This document shows positions 20,016-27,964 of a stretch of 35,850 nucleotides of DNA, piece after piece. The first letter of the stretch is position 1, and every line of letters starts with the position of its first letter. A program made the position numbers and the translations under genes. The notes under the pieces were generated by a model, which had not been told where the DNA came from, did not search any database, and was given only the letters and a program-made list of their open reading frames with translations. Source of the DNA: Candidatus Pelagibacterales bacterium (GTDB lineage: Bacteria; Pseudomonadota; Alphaproteobacteria; Rickettsiales; UBA1997); assembly GCA_016882165.1 (NCBI GenBank), contig VHBV01000001.1, forward strand, positions 1 to 35,850. Direction: 5' to 3'.

Positions 20016-20045
20016 TTGGCATATAGATTTATAATTTGGTATAAT
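20016..20045 (+). promoter_or_regulatory. Possible sigma70-type promoter for the yqaA-like gene
   Basis: TTGGCA, an 18-nt spacer, then tggTATAAT, ending 24 nt upstream of the ATG at 20069. Such matches are common by chance in AT-rich DNA. Confidence 0.25.
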
Positions 20046-20068
20046 ACTAACATTTTTTAAAATCAAAC

Positions 20069-20509
20069 ATGCCTGCATTCGAAAGTTATTTCTTTCTTTT
20101 TTGTGACAGCTTCTTTTCAGCTTTAATTTTGCCACCAAGAGATGAGATGGCTGTGAAATTACTAACTATTTTTGGCAACCATAATAACTATTTTATATTC
20201 TCTTTGGCTTTTTTGGGAAGTGTTGGCGGATCTTTAGTAAATTACTTAATTGGAAAATATTTTTTATTTTTACGAAAAAGCGATTTTTTTATTAACAAAG
20301 AAAAGGAAATTGCTAATGCTGAAAATAAATGGAACAAATACTTTATTTATTTACTTCTAGTTTCGTGGATAAGTGCAATTGGAAATCCTTTTGCTGTTTT
20401 GTGCGGATTTTTCAGAAGCAATATCTACAAATTCTTGTCTTTAGTGATTATTAGCAAATTTTACTATTATTTTTTGTTGGTGTTCTTTGACTTTGATTTG
20501 AAGGTATAG
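20069..20509 (+). CDS. YqaA-family (DedA/SNARE-associated-like) small membrane protein
   Basis: Pattern match to E. coli YqaA as I recall it: FCDSFFSALILPPRDE, GSVGGSLVNYLIGK, LLVSWISAIGNPFAVLCG. Confidence 0.7.
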   Translation: MPAFESYFFLFCDSFFSALILPPRDEMAVKLLTIFGNHNNYFIFSLAFLGSVGGSLVNYLIGKYFLFLRKSDFFINKEKEIANAENKWNKYFIYLLLVSWISAIGNPFAVLCGFFRSNIYKFLSLVIISKFYYYFLLVFFDFDLKV

Positions 20510-20533
20510 TAAATAAATTTTCTCTTTATCTCA

Positions 20534-21153
20534 TTAGCTTATAGAAATTATACGAGTTTTGTTTTTATCAGCAATAATCGAAGTTGGAATTTCCCACCAA
20601 ACCTGCCAACTCATAGATGGACTAATACTACAATATACACCTTTTTCATTTATACATTCGTATTTAGATATTTTCCTAGAATTATTTTTTGAATATTTAA
20701 CTTTCCAATTAGAAGGCTTCAAGATTGAAGCATCCATATATACTAATTGATAGTTATGCTGCTTTCCTTTATCACACTCTTTTAGAATATATGGAACCGC
20801 TATCAATAAATAAGTATTACTACTTAAAAACTCCGATATCTTTTCTAAATCCCCTTCAAATCTTCCCAATCGATGTCCAGACAAAACAAGTCTTTCCTCT
20901 TTTGTTTTAGATTTTTCCTCAATCTTACCTGATTTAATAGAAATTTTATTGTTACCAACTTCTATATCTGCTTCAATTCGTGACCATTACCCTTCCAAAA
21001 AGCTTTGTCTTTGGCTTTAAAATCGCTATTGATTGATTTAGCAATTAACTCTTCTAATTGCCATGCTTGGCATCTTCCGCCTTGAAATAACTCATGGAAC
21101 TTTTTCAAATCTTTTTCAAGATTCTGCAGCATTACATCTGTTAATTTGTACAT
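20534..21153 (-). pseudogene. Type II restriction endonuclease gene disrupted by a frameshift
   Basis: The 63-aa ORF (21153-20962) starts 3 nt after the methylase stop and ends ...WKGNGHELKQI*. The -1 frame is open from 20985 and reads WSRIEADIEVGNNKISIKSGK...SGHRLG..., continuing into the 116-aa ORF. D...(S/E)xK resembles a PD-(D/E)XK core. Confidence 0.65.
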
Positions 21154-21156
21154 AAT

Positions 21157-22125
21157 TTATTTTATTAAATTTAACCACTTATTTGCATAATCAACATATT
21201 CTGGATTCAATTCAATTCCAAGGAATTCAATTCCAAGATTTTTTGCAACCACGCACTCTGAACCAGAACCAGCGAATGGTATAAGAGTTCTACCTTTGTT
21301 ACCATTTACACGAGAAAGAATTAATTTTTTCGTTAGCTCCATTGGCTTTTGAGTTGGATGCTGCAAAATATCATGACCTTCATGATTTTTTAACTCATTA
21401 GACTCGTATAAATTATTACATGTTTTACACATAAAATGTCTTTCAACTCTGCCCGCTCCCCCAGCAAGAGCTGGAATTTTTATAACATCTCTAGGTAAAG
21501 CTCCCTTTTGATTCACATTATAAACAGTTGTTTCCTTCCCAAGCCTTCCTTTGGTGTTCTTCCTCTCCTTACCAGCGCATTTTAAGTAACTATCGGTATA
21601 AGGTTCTCTTATTTGATCAATTTCAAGCTCTGGTCTTTTATTTTTCCACAAACACAAAATAGACTCATAAGAACGCTGCCAAAATGTTGAGGAAGGCGTT
21701 GTTTTATTGGTATAGTGCCACGCTAATATTCTTTGATTCTCTATAGGATATTGAACAGCTATTCTCGCTAAAATTTCTGGAAAACCATAAACATATATTA
21801 AACCATTTTCCGCCAAAAGGTCAAAACACAAATCAAGCCATTCTTTTGACCACTCAACATATTTTCCCAACTCCATATAATCATTATTATTTCCGAAGTT
21901 TTTTCCTATATTGTATGGAGGATCAGCAATTATAACATCAAATTTTAAGTTCTTATTTACAGTCTTTAGAGTCTCTGTAACATCTCCATTTATAATTTTA
22001 GACTGAAACTGTTTTTGTATCAATGTAATGGGCTCTCTTTTAATTTTTGCGAATTCTCCAAACACTTTTTCAAAAGTCATTTGTTTATCTTGAACTTCTG
22101 AAATTTTTACTAATCTTTGTTTCAT
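21157..22125 (-). CDS. Beta-class DNA methyltransferase (N6_N4_Mtase family, probably N6-adenine)
   Basis: Motif IV IIADPPYNIG comes before motif I IPFAGSGSE, which is the beta permutation. HPTQKP is present and the frame is intact over 322 aa. Confidence 0.88.
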   Translation of the reverse strand: MKQRLVKISEVQDKQMTFEKVFGEFAKIKREPITLIQKQFQSKIINGDVTETLKTVNKNLKFDVIIADPPYNIGKNFGNNNDYMELGKYVEWSKEWLDLCFDLLAENGLIYVYGFPEILARIAVQYPIENQRILAWHYTNKTTPSSTFWQRSYESILCLWKNKRPELEIDQIREPYTDSYLKCAGKERKNTKGRLGKETTVYNVNQKGALPRDVIKIPALAGGAGRVERHFMCKTCNNLYESNELKNHEGHDILQHPTQKPMELTKKLILSRVNGNKGRTLIPFAGSGSECVVAKNLGIEFLGIELNPEYVDYANKWLNLIK

Positions 22126-22206
22126 ATAAATATTTCTGGTGTTTGTTTAATATTTTGCTTCAAATTATTTACCTAGCAACTTTTCACTCAACATGAAAAA
22201 TGATTG

Positions 22207-22743
22207 CTACAAAATCGATTTCTGCAAAATATATTTTAAATCTGACAAATTTTTCTTAACATTTCTGAGCAAAATTTCAGCCTCTGCCATATCTTTTCTT
22301 AATAATTTGGAATCAGAATTCTGTTCAATAAAATCATCAATTTGATAGTTTTTAGAATTATCATCTTCTTGAATTGAATCATGAAGAAGCAATTTTTTTT
22401 CCTCTTCAGAAAATTCAGAATGCAAAATAATATCTAAATCTTCTTCCTTATAATTATCTTGCTTTCTCTTTTTTAGTAACTTTTGCAATCCAGCAATTGT
22501 ATAGCCTTCTTCATATAAAAACTTTTTTATTCTTTTTAAAGTTTTCAGCTGTTTATTGTAATAATATCTTCTTTTTCCATTGCCAATTTCAGGCTGAATT
22601 TGTGGAAATTTTTCTTCCCAAAATCTGATAATGTGGGTTGCAACTTTCAATTCTTTGGCAACTTCACCAATTGATCTTTTACGGTCAATACCAAGATCAT
22701 CCGCTAATTTTTCTATTTCTTTTGCAATATCGTGATGGCTCAT
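22207..22743 (-). CDS. MerR-family transcriptional regulator
   Basis: The HTH reads IGEVAKELKVATHIIRFWEEKFPQIQP...GKRRYY, followed by an acidic/helical tail. Confidence 0.85.
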   Translation of the reverse strand: MSHHDIAKEIEKLADDLGIDRKRSIGEVAKELKVATHIIRFWEEKFPQIQPEIGNGKRRYYYNKQLKTLKRIKKFLYEEGYTIAGLQKLLKKRKQDNYKEEDLDIILHSEFSEEEKKLLLHDSIQEDDNSKNYQIDDFIEQNSDSKLLRKDMAEAEILLRNVKKNLSDLKYILQKSIL

Positions 22744-23799
22744 TTATGTAAATCTCCTTTTATACTCAAGAGCAATATGCTTTATAATGACACCACAAAT
22801 TGCTGTTAGTGGTACAGCTATTAAAACTCCAACAAAACCGAACAAATCACCAAAGAAAAACAGACCAAAAATTAACCATGCTGGATGAATTCCTATTTTT
22901 GATCCAATTAATTTTGGTGTAAGAAAGTTTGACTCAATTATATTTCCTGTTAGGAAAATAAAAATAATTGCTAAAATTCCCGATACATCAAAACCCCACT
23001 GAAACAAACCAACAATTATTGCAACTACAAAGCCAATTGTCATTCCAACATAAGGAATAAAAGCCAACATACCAGTTAGAAAACCAATTATAAACCCAAA
23101 ATTTAAATCCGTAAAACTTAGTAAAACTGAATAAATTGTACCCAAAATAAAACAAACATTTAACTGTCCCCTTATATATCCAGAAAGCTTATCATCAATT
23201 TCTTTAAATATTCTTCTGATTAGAGAAGAACTAGTTCTTGGCAAATAATCGTTAATTTTAGCAATAATCACATTCCAATCTTTTAAAAGGTAAAAAATCA
23301 AAATTGGAGTTATAAAAATCAGAGAAAAAATGTTAATAATTACTACTGTAGAAGTGATAGCATTATTTATTATGTTTTTGGAAAAATTTATAACATCAGA
23401 ATTTGCAGCTGACTGTTGAGCAAAATGTGAGAAGTCGCTTTCCATAACAAATCCTGCTTTACCTAGCAAAGATGAGATTTTGGGATAAATATTGTTAGTA
23501 GCAATTTTGAAATATTCTGGAAGCACATCGATTAAATCAAGTGTTTGCGAATAAATCGTTGGTAAAACCATCAAAGAAACGCTGACAAAAATAGCAAAAA
23601 ACAATCCTAAAATAAGAGAGGTTGCGTAAAGGCGCGACATATTATGAATTCTATGGAAACGCTCTACAACAGGATTTAAAAGATAAGCAATTATAATTGA
23701 AAATACAAAAGGTGTAAGAATTGACTTTGCCAGATAGACCAGCCAACAAAAAAAAATTACACTTAAACCAGTAAAAATTACTTTTTCTTTTAACTGCAT
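22744..23799 (-). CDS. AI-2E family transporter (PerM/YhhT-like permease)
   Basis: A 351-aa protein with about 8 TM segments. The C-terminal segments NFLTPKLIGSKIGIHP and GVLIAVPL are typical of the family. Confidence 0.8.
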   Translation of the reverse strand: MQLKEKVIFTGLSVIFFCWLVYLAKSILTPFVFSIIIAYLLNPVVERFHRIHNMSRLYATSLILGLFFAIFVSVSLMVLPTIYSQTLDLIDVLPEYFKIATNNIYPKISSLLGKAGFVMESDFSHFAQQSAANSDVINFSKNIINNAITSTVVIINIFSLIFITPILIFYLLKDWNVIIAKINDYLPRTSSSLIRRIFKEIDDKLSGYIRGQLNVCFILGTIYSVLLSFTDLNFGFIIGFLTGMLAFIPYVGMTIGFVVAIIVGLFQWGFDVSGILAIIFIFLTGNIIESNFLTPKLIGSKIGIHPAWLIFGLFFFGDLFGFVGVLIAVPLTAICGVIIKHIALEYKRRFT

Positions 23800-23809
23800 A
23801 GCTTCAAAT

Positions 23810-24892
23810 TTATTTTGCTATTAATGAGTAAAAACTATCATTCTTTTTTTCTAAGAAGAGATTTAATTTTGAGAAAGCCTCAATAATTCCTTCTTTTTTG
23901 TTAATATAGTTAACTGAAATAGTTACGTAATCTTTTGAAATTGACTCAATATCTAATTGATTGACCAAGTTACTTCTTTCAATTTTATCTTTTATCATCA
24001 ACCAATTACCCAAGCCAGAAATTGGAATTTCAATCTTTACTATATTTTTCTCAGATTGAGATTCTTTAGTTTTGCTGTTAATCAAATACTCAATTACTTT
24101 TTCACAAACTTTATTTGCCAAGTCATCATAACTCAAACGATCCACATTAACAAAAGAAAGTTTAAACTTCTTTTTTTGCAACTTGGTAATATCTTGAATT
24201 AAAATTGTAACTTTATTATCAATTTTATCGTAAGAAAAAAACATCACAATTGCTTCAGAAGACTTATATTTAGACAACATCATCTCTAAATCATTAAAAC
24301 TAACATTTTCAATATTATCCTGATTTAAGATCGCAATATTAGAAATATCACCTTCTGGAATTATAAATTGTGATATTCGACGTTTCTTCACAAAAGAATT
24401 AATTACTTCCATCCACTCATTTTCTTGGCCCCATAAAGTAAATTTTGATAAGTTATTTTCAAATCCGTTAGAAGACCAAACTTTGACTGGAATCAACAAG
24501 TAATTCTCGCTCAACTCAAATTCAGCTTTTTTTACATTCTGATTTTGCAAAACTTTTTCAACAATGCTTTTTGAAAATAATATATTAAAATTTGCCACAT
24601 ATTCATTGGGCGAAATTTTTTCATCGCTAATCTGCTCAGAAAGAACTGTATCAAAAATATCTTCATCAGTAACTTTATAAATTAAAGCCGCATCCAAAGA
24701 AAGTTTAGCAAGCAACTCACTAAACGCTGTTCTTCTAGCATTTTTTGTCGCTAAAGTTTTTGCTTCTCCAGAAGAAGTTGCACTTGCTCTGCCCTCAATA
24801 TTTTCAATCAAGTAAATATTATTAACTTGAGCAAAACCGTTTTGAGAAATTATTGAAAATATAAAAATCGAAATAAAAAATAGCTTTTTCAT
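23810..24892 (-). CDS. Secreted hypothetical protein (possibly DUF2066-like)
   Basis: It has the signal peptide MKKLFFISIFIFSIISQNGFA. Its position between an AI-2E permease and a divergent purM matches a neighbourhood I recall for DUF2066 proteins, but the family assignment is not verified. Confidence 0.4.
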   Translation of the reverse strand: MKKLFFISIFIFSIISQNGFAQVNNIYLIENIEGRASATSSGEAKTLATKNARRTAFSELLAKLSLDAALIYKVTDEDIFDTVLSEQISDEKISPNEYVANFNILFSKSIVEKVLQNQNVKKAEFELSENYLLIPVKVWSSNGFENNLSKFTLWGQENEWMEVINSFVKKRRISQFIIPEGDISNIAILNQDNIENVSFNDLEMMLSKYKSSEAIVMFFSYDKIDNKVTILIQDITKLQKKKFKLSFVNVDRLSYDDLANKVCEKVIEYLINSKTKESQSEKNIVKIEIPISGLGNWLMIKDKIERSNLVNQLDIESISKDYVTISVNYINKKEGIIEAFSKLNLFLEKKNDSFYSLIAK

Positions 24893-25000
24893 CTGTAACC
24901 AGTAATTTTTAGCATTGTATTTTGTGGCGAATTATCTTAATTTTAACTACATTTGCCAAGCTTAAAATGCAGCAAAAAAAAATCCATTAAATTATCTATC

Positions 25001-25999
25001 ATGTCTTTAAATTATAAGCAAGCCGGTGTTGATATTGATGCTGGAAACGAATTAGTTAACCGTATAAAACCTTTTGCTAAAGCAACAAAAAGAATTGGGG
25101 CTGACTCTGATTTAGGTGGCTTTGGAGCTCTTTTTGATCTTAAAAAATGCAACTATAAAGATCCAATCTTAGTTTCCTCAACCGATGGAGTTGGAACTAA
25201 ATTAAAAGTTGCAATTGAACTTGGAAAACATGACACCATTGGAATTGACTTGGTTGCAATGTCAGTAAATGACCTTCTTGCTCAAGGTGCTGAGCCTCTT
25301 TTTTTCCTTGATTATTTTGCTTGCTCAAAACTTGAAGTTAACGTTGCAGCAGATGTAATAAAAGGAATTTCTGAAGGTTGCAAACAAGCAAATTGTGCTT
25401 TAATTGGCGGTGAAACTGCAGAAATGCCAGGAATGTATACATCTGGAGATTATGATTTGGCAGGTTTTGCAGTTGGTGCAGTTGAAAGAGATGCAATATT
25501 ACCAAAAGAAACTAAATCTGGAGATATTCTAATTGGTTTAAAATCAAGTGGAGTACACTCAAATGGTTACTCTTTAGCACGCTATATTTTGAAACAAAAT
25601 AACATAAAATTCGAAGATAAAATTGCTGAATTTGGCAATAAAACAATTGGAGAAGTTCTTTTAACTCCAACTAAAGTTTATGTTCGCAGCTGTTTAGAAG
25701 CCATTAAAACTGGCAAAGTAAAAGCATTGGCTCACATCACTGGTGGTGGTTTAGTTGAAAATTTACCACGAGTTTTAAAAGAAGGACTAACGCCAAAAAT
25801 TGACTATAATTCTTGGGAAAGACCACAAATTTTTCCTTACTTGCAAAAATTAGGAAATGTGACTGACAGCGAAATGCACCGCACCTTCAACTGCGGAATT
25901 GGCATGGTTTTGGTCGTTGATAAAAGCAATGTTGAAGAAATTAAACAAATCTTAACTAATGCTGGTGAAGAAGTTTTTGTTATCGGAAATTTAGAATAA
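25001..25999 (+). CDS. purM: Phosphoribosylformylglycinamidine cyclo-ligase PurM
   Basis: YKQAGVDIDAGN at the N-terminus, then DGVGTKL, GGETAEMPG and HITGGG. The ATG at 25001 is preferred over the TTG at 24953. Confidence 0.93.
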   Translation: MSLNYKQAGVDIDAGNELVNRIKPFAKATKRIGADSDLGGFGALFDLKKCNYKDPILVSSTDGVGTKLKVAIELGKHDTIGIDLVAMSVNDLLAQGAEPLFFLDYFACSKLEVNVAADVIKGISEGCKQANCALIGGETAEMPGMYTSGDYDLAGFAVGAVERDAILPKETKSGDILIGLKSSGVHSNGYSLARYILKQNNIKFEDKIAEFGNKTIGEVLLTPTKVYVRSCLEAIKTGKVKALAHITGGGLVENLPRVLKEGLTPKIDYNSWERPQIFPYLQKLGNVTDSEMHRTFNCGIGMVLVVDKSNVEEIKQILTNAGEEVFVIGNLE

Positions 26000-26005
26000 T
26001 TAAAT

Positions 26006-26824
26006 ATGATAAATCGTAAAATTTCAGTTCATTTACAAGATTTTCCTGATGTTTCTTTTATAGAAGAAGAGAAAAAGCTAGTGTCGGAAATGGATTTAGT
26101 AAGAGAAGTCTGTAGTACCGCACTTTCAATTCGCGACAATAAAAACTTACGAGTTCGTCTTCCTCTAAAATCACTAAAAGTTATCGGCAAAAATTCTTCT
26201 AAAATTAACGACTTTAAAGAAATTATTGCTGAAGAAGTTAATGTGAAGAATATCGAAATTGCAGAAGAAATTGAAGATTTAGCTGAACTAAAATTACAAA
26301 TTAATTTCAAGAAAATTGGCGTAAAATACGGTTCAAAAGTTAAAGAAATTACTAATGCTGTAAAAATTGGTGATTGGAAAAAAATCAATGATAAAGAAAT
26401 TTCAATTGCTGGTGTCTCATTGATTGATGATGAATTTGAAATTAAACTCACTCCTAAAAATCAAGATGACAAAAAGTTTGTGATTGCATCTCTTCCAAGT
26501 AACGATTGTCTTATTCAAATTGACATTGAAGTAACGAAAGATTTGGAAGAAGAAGGAATAGCAAGAGATATTGTGCGTGCAATTCAACAAAGCAGAAAAG
26601 AGTCTAATTTGAATCTTTCTGACAATATTGCTCTAAAAATTGTATCAACCAATTCAGAAATAACAAAAGTTGCTCTGAAATTTTCTGAATATATCAAAGA
26701 GCAAACTTTATCAACTTCTATAGAAACTTATGATAACAAAGAATTAGCACAAAAATCGGCTAAATTTTTCTTTGAGAACAAAATTGATGATGGCGATTTA
26801 TCAATTGGAATTTCGGTTATTTAA
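26006..26824 (+). CDS. Stand-alone C-terminal fragment of type-2 isoleucyl-tRNA synthetase (truncated gene, split gene or pseudogene remnant)
   Basis: The 272-aa ORF starts at the SVHLQDFP segment and contains RVRLPLKSL, EEVNVKNIE and EEGIARDIVRAIQQSRKESNL, which are hallmarks of the last ~270 residues of eukaryote-like IleRS. No catalytic HIGH/KMSKS part is present in the window. Confidence 0.65.
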   Translation: MINRKISVHLQDFPDVSFIEEEKKLVSEMDLVREVCSTALSIRDNKNLRVRLPLKSLKVIGKNSSKINDFKEIIAEEVNVKNIEIAEEIEDLAELKLQINFKKIGVKYGSKVKEITNAVKIGDWKKINDKEISIAGVSLIDDEFEIKLTPKNQDDKKFVIASLPSNDCLIQIDIEVTKDLEEEGIARDIVRAIQQSRKESNLNLSDNIALKIVSTNSEITKVALKFSEYIKEQTLSTSIETYDNKELAQKSAKFFFENKIDDGDLSIGISVI

Positions 26825-26934
26825 TGCTTTTATCAACTTTATGATACAAGCATTTGCTACAAACACTATTTTTAGGATCACTAAAATCTGTGTTCACATT
26901 AATGTAAGAAAAATTTTATAACTATTTTAAGTGT

Positions 26935-27492
26935 ATGAAAAAAATCTTCTCAGTTTCATTGTTTGTTTTAGCAATCTACTCAACAAATGCTTTCAGCTCT
27001 AGTGTTTTCAGCGCCAGCAGTGAAGAGATAAAAATGGGAACCAAAATTACCAATAAATATGTTTTTAATGGTTTTGGCTGCTCAGGAAAAAATATTTCTC
27101 CAGAAATTAGTTGGAAAAATGCTCCCGAGGGAACAAAAAGTTTTGCTATCACAGTTTATGATCCAGATGCTCCAACAGGAAGTGGTTGGTGGCATTATTT
27201 AGCTGTTAATATTCCAGTTAACTACAACTCTTTACCTTCAAATTTTGGTAAAAAAAATAGCTTCAAAACTACTGATAATATTTTACAAATCAGAAATGAT
27301 TTTGGAATTCGTAACTTTGGCGGACCTTGCCCACCTCAAGGTGACAAACCTCATAGATATATTTGGACAATTCACGCTTTATCTGTTGAGAAGCTAGAAA
27401 TTTCAGAAGATGCAACTGCTGCTCTTGCTGGATTTATGATAAATGCAAATTCAATTGCAAAAGCAAATCTTGAAGCTTTTTATTCAAGATAA
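26935..27492 (+). CDS. YbhB/YbcL-family (PEBP/Raf kinase inhibitor-like) periplasmic protein
   Basis: It has a signal peptide, the VYDPDAP motif, GPCPPQGDKPHRY and a WHYL segment. Confidence 0.85.
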   Translation: MKKIFSVSLFVLAIYSTNAFSSSVFSASSEEIKMGTKITNKYVFNGFGCSGKNISPEISWKNAPEGTKSFAITVYDPDAPTGSGWWHYLAVNIPVNYNSLPSNFGKKNSFKTTDNILQIRNDFGIRNFGGPCPPQGDKPHRYIWTIHALSVEKLEISEDATAALAGFMINANSIAKANLEAFYSR

Positions 27493-27493
27493 A

Positions 27494-27964
27494 TTATCTG
27501 GAAATAGATTCTACTTCTTGTTTTGATTTCTGCTGATAAGACCTAATTTTAATAACATTGAATGGCTCAAGTTTTGGGTTAGGAGTTGTCTCATAGCTTA
27601 TTCTTTGCCTTGGCAAAGCATCAATAGTTCCATCAAAATTCACATTAACTTTTGTTGGGTTATAACTCAAATTCGCTTCTTCCAAACTTTCAATTATGTA
27701 AGGAAAAACTACTTCAGGCAATTTATCCATGCCGTTAAATACTTGTTTTACCGATTCATCATAATTTGGCACATGAGTATTATTACCAATTAATCTTAAT
27801 TCTAGTACTGCCAAATCAGGGTTAATTCTTGCCAACCTAATCATTCCAGACTTTCCAGTATTATCACGATGTACTGGAAAAGCTGAAGCATCTTGAGTGT
27901 GAATTTCCGAATCATATTGTTTGTAGTAAGAAGTTTCTTTCAGATAACCATCAAAACCTTTTTT
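27494..27964 (-). CDS. C-terminal part (-1 frame) of the GS/GCL/amidoligase-like protein
   Basis: The frame is open from 27964 down to the stop at 27494-27496. It contains VHRDNTGKSGMIRLARI and AVLELRLIGNN. The 116-aa track ORF (Met at 27844) is only its distal portion. Confidence 0.55.
   Translation of the reverse strand, partial: KKGFDGYLKETSYYKQYDSEIHTQDASAFPVHRDNTGKSGMIRLARINPDLAVLELRLIGNNTHVPNYDESVKQVFNGMDKLPEVVFPYIIESLEEANLSYNPTKVNVNFDGTIDALPRQRISYETTPNPKLEPFNVIKIRSYQQKSKQEVESISR

Noticed and set aside
21157-22125. Cell-cycle methyltransferase CcrM (expected in alphaproteobacteria)
   Set aside because: The region between the DPPY and FxGxG motifs differs from CcrM as I recall it, the gene is tightly coupled to a nuclease-like ORF, and there is no CcrM-type C-terminal extension. 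It is better explained as the M subunit of a type II R-M system.
26029-26451. 140-aa antisense ORF inside the IleRS-fragment gene, plus similar antisense or overlapping ORFs at 3362-3553, 5447-5698, 6189-6377, 7765-7983, 10323-10547, 10985-11185, 11692-11922, 12456-12647, 12788-13033, 13634-13816, 15226-15504, 15650-15940, 16125-16331, 17603-17803, 19677-19898, 20559-20750, 20725-20910, 23957-24202, 27605-27793, 28227-28531, 29247-29477, 33478-33862 and 34109-34315
   Set aside because: All are embedded in longer ORFs with clear family motifs on the other strand or frame. Their translations are low-complexity (rich in Ser, Phe, Ile and Lys), as expected for chance frames in AT-rich DNA.
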